The translations under genes and the position numbers were made by a program. Below the pieces are notes generated by a model. It made no database searches. It was not told the origin of the DNA and saw nothing but the letters and a program-made list of their open reading frames with translations. From positions 6,980,043-7,044,042 of the forward strand of contig CM082593.2 of the NCBI GenBank assembly GCA_040954595.2: DNA of 64,000 nt, read 5' to 3'. Source of the DNA: Balanoglossus misakiensis (Eukaryota > Animalia > Hemichordata). This document shows positions 10,861 to 22,800 of the stretch, piece by piece. Every line of letters starts with the position of its first letter. The first letter of the stretch is position 1.

Positions 10861-13015
10861 CTGAAATAAAACAGGGCAAGGTTTACTCAATAAACGTACT
10901 AGTATATGTCAACTTTCTCTTTGCTTGATAAGATCAATTGTCAGTTAAGCTCCTGACTGATAATATCATATGAAAACTCAGGAATATTTTTCTAAAATTA
11001 TAACATTGAAAAGAAAATAACATTGAAAAGAAAGAAAATATGGCATGGGTTTCCTTTTTTGTATCTTGAATAAAATTGCCTTGGTGATCATCAAACATTT
11101 CAAAAGTATGCGGTAGCTTTCACAACTTAAAGTTTGTGACAAATTTCTCACAATCACACACTTTTCCAAGAATAGAAAAATACCTTGGAAGCACTGAGAG
11201 ATTCTCATCAAGACTGCGCTTGTAAATGCATAAAATCTCACAAATTTGAGGTATCCCCACACACACAAACACAAATTTTGCCAAACTCCAGGAGTCTTTT
11301 TGTGATCGCCTCAATGCTTACTGCCCGACAGCTCAGCACGAAATTTGCATAAAGTCCCCCTAGCTGCGAGTTCATTAGTGACACCCTCACCTGCATTTCT
11401 CCTGCAAAGCGTCATGTCCGCCACCTGCGTCCACTGATTCAGATCAGGGTTGTAAACTTCCACACTTTTTCTCACCAAGGGTCCATCGTGGCCTCCGACT
11501 GCATACAACAAGGAGCCAACCACTCCAACTCCTGAATTCACAAGAGACAGACAAATATTTGCAATAAGAGATACATCAGTGTTTTAAAATGGTGGTAGCA
11601 TAAGTTCATATGTACTGTACTTTGCTGTTCATTCTATTATTGGAATGTTACACGGAAATTCTTAGTAGTGTAATGTCGTGTAACTTTTAATACCAAAAAT
11701 GCTGACATTAAAACTGATATTTGCTTCACTTTGTAGAATTTGGTCAGCTTACCGGCCCCACTTCTACGACAGCTCATTTCAGCCACGATCGTCCATTCAT
11801 TGGTTGAGGGGTCGTATCTCTCTACAGAACTCAGGCAGTGACGAGACGCGCCATCATACCCCCCGACCGCATACACATATCCTACAGAAAACATTTACAA
11901 TGTTATTGTCAACAAGAAGATATTGTGAATGGGGCATTCATATGAGTTGAAATAAAAGTAGTATGTGATGGGGGATTAAATCTATCAGGAGCAAATGACT
12001 ACGGTTAAACCATTCATTGAAAATGGGTGATTTCCTTCAAACAGTTCCCCCTCTCCCACACTTCTGCACTGAAACAACTAAATATGCTAATGAATACGAT
12101 CAAACCATTGATAAAAAAGGGGTGATTCATACCTCCAAGTACGGCCACCCCTACACTACTTCTCCTGACACTCATCGTAGCAATCGGTTGCCATTCATTA
12201 CACTTTGGATCAAACCTCTCACAACTTGCCAGACCTACATGAGACAAAAAGCATCATCCATGAAATAATAAACAAATTACATTTAAGTTATCATAGCTGT
12301 GGCCACAATTCATAGTGTTATGACATCATTTTGGAACATCAAATGCACCACATTCCAACTGTCATGTGATGACTGTCAACCTATCAATGATCACCATAGG
12401 TATCATCATCTAATTTAAATATGGAAGATCTCACATGACAGCTTGATAAGGACATTTCACATGCTATTACCAATACTAGTTTTATTCAAGAATTTCTCTG
12501 AGTGAGGACAGACAAGTACATGTAGTTAAAAGGGTCGGATCAGGGATACTGCATAAAGCATGTGATATTTTCTACATACAAGTACATTATCACGATGTGC
12601 TATTCAAACAATATTTTCAAAACTTCTCACCTGTTGAACCATCAAAGCCTCCAATGGCATAGACTATATTATTCAACACAGCAACTCCAAGCGTACTGCG
12701 CCTGGCTTCCATAGACGCCACTGACGTCCACTGATCCTTCGAGGGATCGTACACGTCAACCGTACGCACGCGTAGGGAACCATTGAATCCGCCCACCGCA
12801 AATATCAGACCATTCATCACTGCAACACCTGCGGAAAAAAATTGGCCACAGTTGATGTAACTTTTACAGAGATGCAGGATTAGTCATGTGATTGTGGTAC
12901 AAACAGTCATACACATACATACACAGATTACATACACACACACACATACATACATACATGCTTGCATGCATGCATACATACATACACACACACACACACA
13001 CATACATACATACAT

Positions 13016-13048
<33 letters not shown>

Positions 13049-13065
13049 TACATACATACATACAT

Positions 13066-13102
<37 letters not shown>

Positions 13103-16100
13103 TACATACATACATACATGTACACACACACACACACACCATTATATGTATTCTTACCTGCTCTACACCGTCTTGACGCCATCTCTGCCACTTGGTACCA
13201 CTTCTCTTCGTGAAAATCATAACATTCTACACTGCGTATTGCCTTGGGGGCTTGGCCTCCAACCACATACATTAACTGCAATGGAAACATAATTACAAAA
13301 TTGAACATAATCTGGTGACGATTTGTCAATATTCAAATTGATAAAGCGCTGTGTGTCATTAAAATATAACATAAAATAATAGATTTATGACATTGAACGA
13401 TGGACAAAACAAGCCCATTCAATGCTGAGACTAAGGTGAAAGCTGGACAGAACTGAACAGTGACCTTGAAAATACTATCAGGGGTCACTGTGACATTATA
13501 GCAAGTGTATGCATATTCACAAGCTTTTTCTAAGCTATCCTTTTGCTCTGGTCGTTGCCAGTGTTGTTGTTAGTTACTCTGGTCTTTTGTTGTTGTTATT
13601 TACTTTCCTCATTCCTGTGTTTATTTCTATAGATGCTCTTTATGGCACCTGTAAATGGGCCTCTGGCTTATTGGTTTACCAAAATAAATAAAATATAAAC
13701 AAATAAAACCGGTGTCAGTATTCATGAATCCCCATGTATAAGTGTGCTGTAATACTACACAGTACATCATCTATCTTGAAACCATACGGTTGTCCATATG
13801 CCATCATGTTGTTCAGATAAAGACAGTGTGTATAAATTATCCAGGTTCACAGATATGTGAGTGGTTCACTGTTAAGTGCTTGGAAGCATGTAGTTTTATG
13901 CCAGAAAGTTGAACAACCTCCCATTGTGGTCTAAACGAAGTTTACTCTGATTGGTCAATTTCCTGATAGGTTTATTATGTATGCAGGTGCGCACTGCGTG
14001 TATGTAACCAATAAGGTGCAGATGAGGTAGTGTAGATAGTTCGTCCGGCATATTTGTTTATACAAGCCAATCACAGTAACCAGTCTTGCTATCTCTCGCA
14101 TATTACCAACAAATCATCTATCAATTTATGGAGAACCAGTGTGTGAATGATGTGGTGTTTAGAACATAGGATTATTTTGCGATACCCTTTTTTTTTAGAA
14201 GACAACTGCCAATTACTGATATTTTTTCCATGAATAAAATTTTCCCGAATACACACAAGTCAAAGCGAAATACTTTAGACAGCGTTGTTTCAACTGAACT
14301 TTATTATAAAGTAAGAAAAGTGCTTTTTTGAACTTGTCTCTATATGTGTGCAAGTTAGTTAAGATCTTGATTTAATGATTTTGGAGCACGATGAAAAAAA
14401 TTCACCGTTCTCATATTAAAACCTCACTTGCTATACTCACAAGTGTTAGAATTCTCAGAAAACAAAGCTTTCATCTGAATACATAAATAATTCCCACGAG
14501 ATTTAACCTCAGTGAGTTATTTAAATTTCCCCATCCTTCATCAAGCAGATATAGGGTACTTTTTTCTGATGTCTTTTCAATTCAAGTACGCTTAAAGGTA
14601 TACAGTCACCTCCAATTTACACACGCCCATATATGGCTTAAATGGTGTATTTGAGTGTTCAAAAGAACATATGGTGGCGCTCATTTTTTCGCGGCACTGA
14701 AAATCTGTGATTGGCTAGATCTCAATTTGCCATGGTAACTATAGGTTAATTTTCCACAGGTGACCGTATACCTTTAAACTTGTCGGCCAGATTTAACTTT
14801 TGAAAATTGTAAAATACACACTTTTGGTAGTCCGATGGGCGTCCTTGGCCTCGTGCGTGGCGTCTTCAGCATGGATCTCTGATCGCTCGACAGCAAGTGG
14901 TATTTCATGGCTTCAATTAAGTAGTCCTTGCAGGTATTGTTGGATTTCACCAGCATCTCTTCCTCCACCGTCTGCACCAGAAATTCGCGGGACAGCAACG
15001 GTAGTCGTACGTTCTCCATCAACACCGCCATGTGCGGTTCGCGGTTCGCCGAGTCGTGGTGGACCCACGCAATCACAGCCTCAAACACCTTCACATGAAA
15101 AAATTTTTTTTATATTACTATTACATTTTTAGACGCTACTAAAAGATCATGTGATGTTAAATTTTACATAATTATATTTTTGTATACTCTCAATTAGATT
15201 TGTTTACATTTTGAATTTGTGACAAATTGCACTATCCAACTTCCTGATACACACAATATGCATAAACATGCATAGTATCACATAAACGTTGATAATATAA
15301 GACAGTCACTAGACATGACTACACTGGTACTCCAATATTAGAGAAAACAAGCAAATCATTTCAGCTAAAGCATCAAGGATTAGTTGTACAGTTGATCTGA
15401 CTTTAAATCAATCGATGTAAGTTGAACAACACTGATTTACAGATGAAGTTTTCATAAGTATTTTCTTGCACAGCCATGAAAAGTTAATGCCATATTACTA
15501 GATTTCACTGTGCTAGACAGCCTTGCGAGTTTATAACTTTGTCGCTTGGCGCGCATAATGACTCCCTAGCAATGGAAAGAAACTTGTTCGCAAGAGTACT
15601 GCTGATTGCAATTATCAGCCAATATTTTGGATTTTCCAGACATAGTAAAATCCAAAACTTCAAATTCCAAAAAAAACAACCACAGCCTCAAATTTCAAGG
15701 ATAATGTGAAATAGTTTTAACTTTTACCTTTTCTTCTGTAGAAACTGTAAGATGATCTGATGAAATCAATTCACAGACTTGTTCAGCTGACAAAGCTAAA
15801 AATTCATCACCTTGAATCACTTCACTGAAATGGCAAAATAGAGATAAAAATAATTCAATATCAGAAATATTTAATACACTTGACAGGTTTGATGTTTTTC
15901 AAACAAAACACGATTGACGTCAACATTATCCTGTTATCGTGAGTTCCAGAACTATTTCTGGATCAAACGGATTCATTTAAATCAATTCAAATTGCCAAGG
16001 ACACATAATGATTAAATGTTTATGTTCAGCAAGATTCAAAGTGCATTTCAAAATTTGCCACCAATATAAATAGATCTATGTGAATGTCAAACTATACGTC

Positions 16101-19100
16101 ATGACATGACAGGATGGTTGTTGAAGGAAACAAACCATTTCACTAATTGTTAATATTCTCAATGAAATGATTGACAGCGCAAACTGTCGACATTGAACAC
16201 CAGATAAACAATAAATCCACTGAACATTTTTTTCAATCCTCAGCTCATTATATTATAACCGCAACATTATAACGACACCACAACTAATGAATTACTCAAT
16301 CTGTCAGTTGATTGATTGACATCACATTGTCTGTGAGAAGTATCTTGGGCAGACAAGATCAGATCACCTTGCTCAGATTAAAACACAAAATAATGGTTAA
16401 GGTATACGGTCACCTATGGAAAATTAGGTATATAGTTACCATGGCAAACTGAGATCTAGGCAATCACAGATTTTCAGTAGGTGGCACACACGAATAAAGA
16501 GCGCTTTAGAACGCTCAAAATACTGCATTCTGCCATATATGGGCGTATGTAAATTGGCGGTGACTGTATACCTTTAACAACTACTTGCAATGACAAGATA
16601 TTGGAGAAACACGTAATAAAAAAAAAACAGTAATTTCATCAAAATTGCAAAATTGTCAGACATCTTACCTGAAGTGCTGCATAGTGTAATTCTGTGCAAA
16701 ATTCAACAACTCACTGCATGCATGGACGTCAGCAAAAGCCCGGATACCGAGACAATTTGTAGGGTGAAGCTGACGTTGTAGAAAATCACAGCATGCGTCG
16801 CGCACGTCAGGTAATTGTAGCAGATTAGCTGCAGGTAGTAATGTCTGTCCGGAAATGGGGAAAAAATAAGAAGAAGAAATAACTTAGATAAATAATAGCA
16901 GTCATGAGAATTATTCATCCTATGTGACATTTTAATATGAACTTACTGATGATTATCACATTAGACATTTTGGATGATTTATGACAAATTATTATAGAGC
17001 TACGATTCTTTTGGACGTTTCGACAGATATTAGTTCACTGTGTATACTATGGCAAATTAGTGAAGTACACGATTAAGAAATTTCAGGTACATTCGTGAGA
17101 GGTGTATCTGACTACAAATTGCAGCAAACTTGCAACAGAATTTTCTAGGTTAAGTTTTCTAAATGGAACAGACACCCCAGGATGTCTTGGTGCCGTCACA
17201 TTTGGCCTTGGAGAAAAACCATTCTCAAAACAACAACATTTCGGTCGGACGACACCTAATCTGGATCCTGTATGCCAGTTTAATGACCCTGAAGAAACTA
17301 CATGTAGTGTAACAAGAGCAGCTGAGATTTATGCATTTCACGAGAACACAGATAGCCCAGAGCCACTGACAGATGAATTGAGAAAGAAACATCTGTACAC
17401 ACACACATACAAACTGTATAAATGATACAAACTGTATAGTACATACATACATACATAAATTACATACACACACACACATACATACATACATACATACATA
17501 CATACATACATACATACATACATACATACACACACACACATACATACACACACACAAACACATACATACATACTCACATACATACATAAATGTACATACA
17601 TATTGCATGTATATACACCTAGTTACATGATACTACATCCACACACACAGACTAAGACAGACACAAGACAGACGCACACACACACAGACACTGACATACA
17701 CACACATGAAACAGAACTGTACGACAGACCTGAACATTCTCCTCCGTAACCTGAACTTCAGCCGAATACACATACTCCACAAGCAAGCCCAATGCCTTTC
17801 CGTCAATCTCTTGCAACGTGACACGCTCGGCACGACTCTCCGAGAGCTCGCCGGTAAACATGGCACTGAAGTACGGACTGCACGCGGCTAAAATGACCCG
17901 GTGTGCGGGGATCTCCATCCCCTCCGCTTCAAGTATTACATCGCACAGCTGGTTCTGTCTGTGTAAGATACGGGTGATACCATTCATTGAAGGGGTAAAA
18001 GGGATTACTTTGGTTTACTGTTTTTGTTCGGTGTATCGCATATTTCATAATTATTCCTTGGTCATGAATTATTGGGAACCATCAGTTTTGTTTTTTATGC
18101 TGGTGGACAACTTGAATAGGAATTATTTTCAAAATAGTAATGACTGGTTATAGGTAGTTATGACTGGTTACTGACATGGGTAACCATGCATGAATACATG
18201 ACAGAAGAGAAATGAGCAATTTCCACTCTTCAAAGTTATTTCCTCAGCGCATCCTTCAAACCTGAAAGCATTTACCACTACAGGATTTGGAATCTCTGGT
18301 TGTGATGTTCAGGAAATGAGCATTGAAATTCGGACTTACTTTCTGAGCACGTTGAGTATGTCGAACGCCTTGCTCGTATGCAGAGTGTTTCGGTACGGCG
18401 GGATCTCGTACGACAGGCCCTCCGGCTCGTCCATGTTGCAATACATGCACCTAAAATACAAAAGACAGCAGAAACCACACATCATTATAAATTGACAACC
18501 ACTGTCGTACTTATACACACGTGAGCAAGAATTTCCCCATACCATGCTTGTTCCTGTTGATATTTTTTGCAGACTAACACACAAACACACTGTTTTATAG
18601 TTGCAGTTCAATCTTCACAGGTTTGGAACATAGTTACTGTGTAGTCCCTTGAACATGTCTAGGTTTCAACTCACAACAACAGAGAGTGTGAGCAGGGATG
18701 GAAGCTATGATGAGCTATTATTATTACTAATGAACACACAAATGTAAAAATAATTATCATATACACTCCACATCAAGGAAATGCAGAATGCCATCATGCA
18801 ATCAGGGTTTTAGCCATGTTGTGGTGTACAAGGCAAGAGTTATGCCATGACTGACTGTAAGCCCCTGGCTGTCGTGCATCGTCAACACAGTGGCAGTTTC
18901 TGAGATGGACACCAAAATCCATGCCTTCAAATGGGTCCGTTGTATTGGATTACAATGCACAGCCAGCATAAATTTGAAACTTGATTTCCAAATCTATAAC
19001 CTATTCCCTTGTACACCGACCAAACATTATTTGCAATGTACAGTAACAGGATTAGGCCAGCAAAAATAGTACCACCCCCATTTTTAAATGTAAGGTTCCC

Positions 19101-19240
19101 ATCATACAGCACAAAACAGCAGGGAGATTCTCCCGAAATCCACCTCCAGAGGGGTGTTGGGATGGGTCCTACCTAGACGATACGACTGTCTCCTTCAAAT
19201 CCAACTTCTCGTCACCAGCAATGTAATACGAGGATCTCAT
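10688..19240 (-). CDS. KLHL2/3: Kelch-like protein (KLHL2/KLHL3/Drosophila kelch family), BTB-BACK-6xKelch Cul3 adaptor; 12 coding exons, ~602 aa
   Basis: Exons 19240-19173, 18450-18340, 17958-17730, 16844-16669, 15824-15728, 15088-14822, 13275-13158, 12828-12631, 12234-12133, 11881-11753, 11531-11391, 10860-10688 join in phase (1809 nt). Motifs [17 protein letters not shown] (BTB), [65 protein letters not shown] are typical of KLHL2/3/kelch. Confidence 0.93.
11391..11531 (-). CDS. KLHL2/3: kelch exon ([25 protein letters not shown]..)
   Basis: AG/GT boundaries, 141 nt, phase 1-1. Confidence 0.93.
11753..11881 (-). CDS. KLHL2/3: kelch exon ([20 protein letters not shown]..)
   Basis: AG/GT boundaries, 129 nt, phase 1-1. 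Confidence 0.93.
12133..12234 (-). CDS. KLHL2/3: kelch exon ([20 protein letters not shown])
   Basis: AG/GT boundaries, 102 nt, phase 1-1. Confidence 0.93.
12631..12828 (-). CDS. KLHL2/3: kelch exon ([19 protein letters not shown]..)
   Basis: AG/GT boundaries, 198 nt, phase 1-1. Confidence 0.93.
12908..13139. repeat. Compound (CATA)n/(CA)n microsatellite in a kelch intron
   Basis: Directly visible. Confidence 0.95.
13158..13275 (-). CDS. KLHL2/3: kelch exon ([20 protein letters not shown]..)
   Basis: AG/GT boundaries, 118 nt, phase 0-1. Confidence 0.93.
14592..14777 (+). mobile_element. TTAA-flanked MITE, family A copy 1 (Kolobok-like)
   Basis: TIR ttaaAGGTATACAGTCACCT ... AGGTGACCGTATACCTttaa; related copy at 16397-16577. 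Confidence 0.85.
14822..15088 (-). CDS. KLHL2/3: kelch exon (BACK domain, [17 protein letters not shown])
   Basis: 267 nt, phase 0-0; donor AAA|GTGTGT. Confidence 0.9.
15728..15824 (-). CDS. KLHL2/3: kelch exon ([32 protein letters not shown]), not in ORF track
   Basis: tttcag/gtaaaa boundaries, 97 nt, phase 2-0; BACK-domain sequence. Confidence 0.92.
16397..16577 (-). mobile_element. TTAA-flanked MITE, family A copy 2 (inverted relative to copy 1)
   Basis: ttaaGGTATACGGTCACC ... GGTGACTGTATACCTttaa; interior is the reverse complement of 14592-14777. Confidence 0.85.
16669..16844 (-). CDS. KLHL2/3: kelch exon ([41 protein letters not shown]..)
   Basis: cag/gtaaga boundaries, 176 nt, phase 0-2. 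Confidence 0.93.
17441..17706. repeat. Compound (CATA)n/(CA)n microsatellite in a kelch intron
   Basis: Directly visible. Confidence 0.92.
17730..17958 (-). CDS. KLHL2/3: kelch exon (BTB domain, QNQLCDV..EENVQ)
   Basis: AG/GT boundaries, 229 nt, phase 2-0. Confidence 0.93.
18340..18450 (-). CDS. KLHL2/3: kelch exon ([22 protein letters not shown])
   Basis: ttttag/gtaagt boundaries, 111 nt, phase 2-2; internal in-frame ATGs at 18446 and 18434. Confidence 0.88.
19173..19240 (-). CDS. KLHL2/3: Probable first coding exon of one kelch isoform ([23 protein letters not shown])
   Basis: ATG-initiated open frame ending at AG|GTAGGA in phase 2, matching the next acceptor. Confidence 0.55.
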
Positions 19241-19798
19241 AATACTAGAAGCTCCGTGGTCTGAGAATGTGTACTATTATCAAAGGTCTGAAGTCTTGTG
19301 TTCTGCCCGTCTCAGCGGCCACAACTCACATTTATAGCCGTGTAACAGGAAGAGGTTTTTACATCAATGCAAATTCGTCAAGCCGTAACACGTCAACAAA
19401 CAGGCATGCATCCCAAGGTTGCACACGTTGATGAAGAAGACACATCAGGCCGACTGCAACATTACATACCACAGTCCATACATGTTTCTGGCCAGTGGAC
19501 TGAATTCGGGCTAAAAATCACCCGACCTTGTCATTGAGATCGTACACTACAGTGACCATCAGATTAATTTCTAGAATACCACAAGTAAAACTTTTGTCCA
19601 CTAAAACCTTGCAGCGTACATTTCATAATTCTTTGTAATGTTGTCACGGCTGTGATGTAGAAGGTCTTGACGTCACAGCTACAACAAACATCTTCCATGC
19701 ACACATGCTAGCAAGTCTTCTGATGACGTTGCATCCGTGGTGATAAATATTGTCCATTCATTAATAGCCATACATCTTGTGGCTTCGGATACTAATAG

Positions 19799-20517
19799 TT
19801 AAGGATGTACGTTCAGTAAAATTGAAAGTATTGTCATTTTTTTAATTGTGGATTTTTGGATTCTCCTTTGTATGTATAATGAAAATCCGTAATAAAATAT
19901 AGGGGTCACTGCGCTTGTTTATGAAATACAGAGCCATGAATTTGGTCGATAAGAGAAGAAATCTGCTGACTCAGCATTTTTCACCAATGATTTGTCTATG
20001 GGCAAAATTTTTAACGCAATTTATCTCAAAATAGAGCGCAGTGACCCCTATATTTTATTTGACCAATGAATTTATATTTGCTGGACTGAGCTATGTGTAA
20101 AAATTTGTGATTGAAAATGACAATAGTAGAAGTTTGTTTTCTGGCGATAATATTATATATAATTCCCCCATATTCCGAACGAGTGTGCCTGCGTCGCGGA
20201 CGAGTGATTCCCCGTATAGCTGTATCCCTCCGAGCCGTAGGCGAGGAGGGATACAGTTATACGGGGAATCACAAGTTCGCGACGCAGGTACACGAGTGAG
20301 GAATACGGGGGAATTATATTTTTATCACATACATAGATCCGCTAATGGTGACGTCAGAGGGATGGTAATTACAATAACGCTTGGTGCATATTTACCTACG
20401 TCTGACGTCATACTATGGTAATATGCGGAGCTATGTATGTGATAATCAATGTAATCCTATGGGAAAAAGACGAGGCGTGCAGTGTTTCCGGTTTATGTTC
20501 TGTGCGTACATCCTTAA
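19799..20517 (+). mobile_element. TTAA-flanked MITE family B with a nested palindromic insert
   Basis: ttaaGGATGTACG ... CGTACATCCttaa; shorter related copy at 43838-44060. Confidence 0.82.
20157..20445. mobile_element. Nested double-palindrome element (20157-20319 and 20322-20445), unclassified
   Basis: atataattcccc..gtatccctcc|gagccgtaggcga|ggagggatac..ggggaattatat followed by ttatcacatacatag..ctatgtatgtgataa; absent from the 43838 copy. Confidence 0.75.
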
Positions 20518-22610
20518 AGGACTAAAATTTACTTGTATTTTACAGGATTCGAACCCCAGGCTTATTGCACCAATTCAAGAAGCAAGCAAGTCCATGCACA
20601 AGACCACTACAGCATTCCCCCCAAAAAGGGTGTTTCAATAACCAAGATGAGTCCCTACAAGTGACAAACCTTTGCACCACTAAATTCAATGCTAAAAAGT
20701 AGCCGCAGGTTACAGCCACAATCCCTCTTGTAGATAATTGTTTTAATTAACCTGATTGTGCTGCTAACCAAATCTGAAGGACTGAGAGTTAATTAAACAC
20801 AGATTTATTTCACGACATAAAATTGATGATCTGATGATCTGTATTCCCCCAAACATGGCCTGACATTATAAACTGGATATTAATTATAATTAATGAGTTT
20901 GATGATACCTTAATCTTTTGAATTGTTAAGTATGATTTATGACCCAAGTGTTGGAATAAAACATCACTTAGTTTTTTTCTAGCATAGAGCAAAGCATGTA
21001 GCGAGTCAGGGTCTGCTGTGCCTCGTTTTATTTGCAAGTTAGAATTTTAGCCCCAGCCAGGGACTTGCTCTTTGTACACAGAAGCAAGTGCCATAGGTGT
21101 AAGCAAGCATGCATGATCTAGCCACTTGCTCCAATGTTTTACTATTAGATCTGATTATCAAGAGTAGCCAGTTCTATAGATCTGGATATAACTAACAGGA
21201 TGAATGTTCTTTACCTCCAGAATATTCTCACTTCTCAAATCAATTTATTGTTTTTTTTTATTTATCAGTTATTTAAACTGGAGATCAACAGGTAAAGATG
21301 CAATTTCTGATTATCTATTACTAGTACTTGGCAGGTCGTTTGGGGACAGTGGCCCAGGACAGCGCTCAATCTCGGCCATGACCTGATCTAGCCTTGGAAA
21401 CCCAAGTACAAGACACACGTCGTAGTGATCGTCTGCCTTGAAGTGGTCGATCAACGCATCAAATCTAAATCGACCAGGGACGGTATCAGTCATCGACTCC
21501 AGCATGGAACATCTGTCGCAATTTATTATCATCAGAACACGTATGTGTCGTAATGATGTCACTCACTGCTACTGGGCAGTAAGCACAGACTGGTGCAACT
21601 GGAATACCTCTGCCTGCCTTTGCTTGGCTTTGTCAAAAAACAACAACTGAACAACGAGAAGTGAATTTGCAAGTTCATGACCTGATAACCTGCTGAGAAG
21701 ACGGTGTAACCGGTGTCTCCTGAATCAATCAAAAGAAGTCAATTTCCAGGGCTCTGCCCCCCCCCCCCCCCAAAAGAAAGATGTATTAATTTTTGTGTGT
21801 ATAACCATGGGAGGTGTACAGTGGTACCTAACATCTATGGTATGGCAACCTTATTCACACTGCTGCCTAGGATAGTTATAGAAGGAAACTCTTACATGTA
21901 TGTATGCTATTGCAATATCCTAGCCCTTCCTATATGACCTCCGTGTAACGTCCAGAACACACAGACCTGTACACAGGGCCAGGCTAGCAATATCCTGTAT
22001 TCGTGATTATTAAGTATCAGATCAGTTACATGTCTTTTATATATGAGGTCAATGACCGAGATGATGGTTTACAATAGATGTCTGAAACAAAAAAGATGCA
22101 TCTTCCCTTTTTTGGGGGGGGGGGGTACTTATATTTTGTCATTTTAATATTATGACACTTGTAGGTAACGTTCTTTTTGTTTTGGGTGTATGTATCCCAT
22201 CCCAAATAATTTGACAGATATAATTCGGCTATGCGCAATCGGTTGTATAAGTATAGTCACTGCTACCAGCAAAAGTTGGCTTATAAAATGACAAACCACA
22301 GAACGTATACATGTAACCCCCATTGGTCCTCGACGTAATATCTGATTGATCGTGGTCTAGCTAACTGGCTGCTGCACACGTACGCTTTACAGTTTGCTGG
22401 GCTACTGTCCCTAATGATATTATTTTGTTCATCAAGATCGCCAAGAACTTATGTTTGTGGTATTAATTTAATAATCTGTCAACACAAGCGAGACAAAAAC
22501 ATAACACGGGATGGCCAGATCACCGGCCACTGTACTGTGTACTGAGTGGCTCGGACGAACGTGGACGGTTTCTGTGATTATTACGCTATTTTGAATAAAA
22601 AATACCTCAC

Positions 22611-22800
22611 CTGTAGTTTGGTGGAATTGTCAATGGTCAACAACTTATTACTTCACTTCCGATCCTCCTGAATTTATTGTTTCTTTATGAAAATAACGCC
22701 TTCTCCTATCATATTCCAGTTCTGGTAGACATGTAGGATCCTATAATCACGCAAGGAAGACCTCGTCTATCACGAGAATCACGTTGAGTTTGTCGATATT
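22611..22800 (-). other. Probable upstream non-coding first exon of kelch (5' boundary uncertain)
   Basis: Strong donor CAG|GTGAGG at 22611/22610, CpG-richer region upstream; in-frame TGA if spliced to 18450, so likely 5' UTR. Confidence 0.45.

Noticed and set aside
12864-13292. Overlapping ORFs rich in CVCM/HTHT (likewise 17225-17608 and 63589-63836)
   Set aside because: Translations of (CA)n/(CATA)n microsatellites; only 13158-13275 is a real exon.
20545-20555. tRNA B-box (GGTTCGAATCC on minus strand)
   Set aside because: No cloverleaf or clear A-box; at most a decayed SINE remnant.
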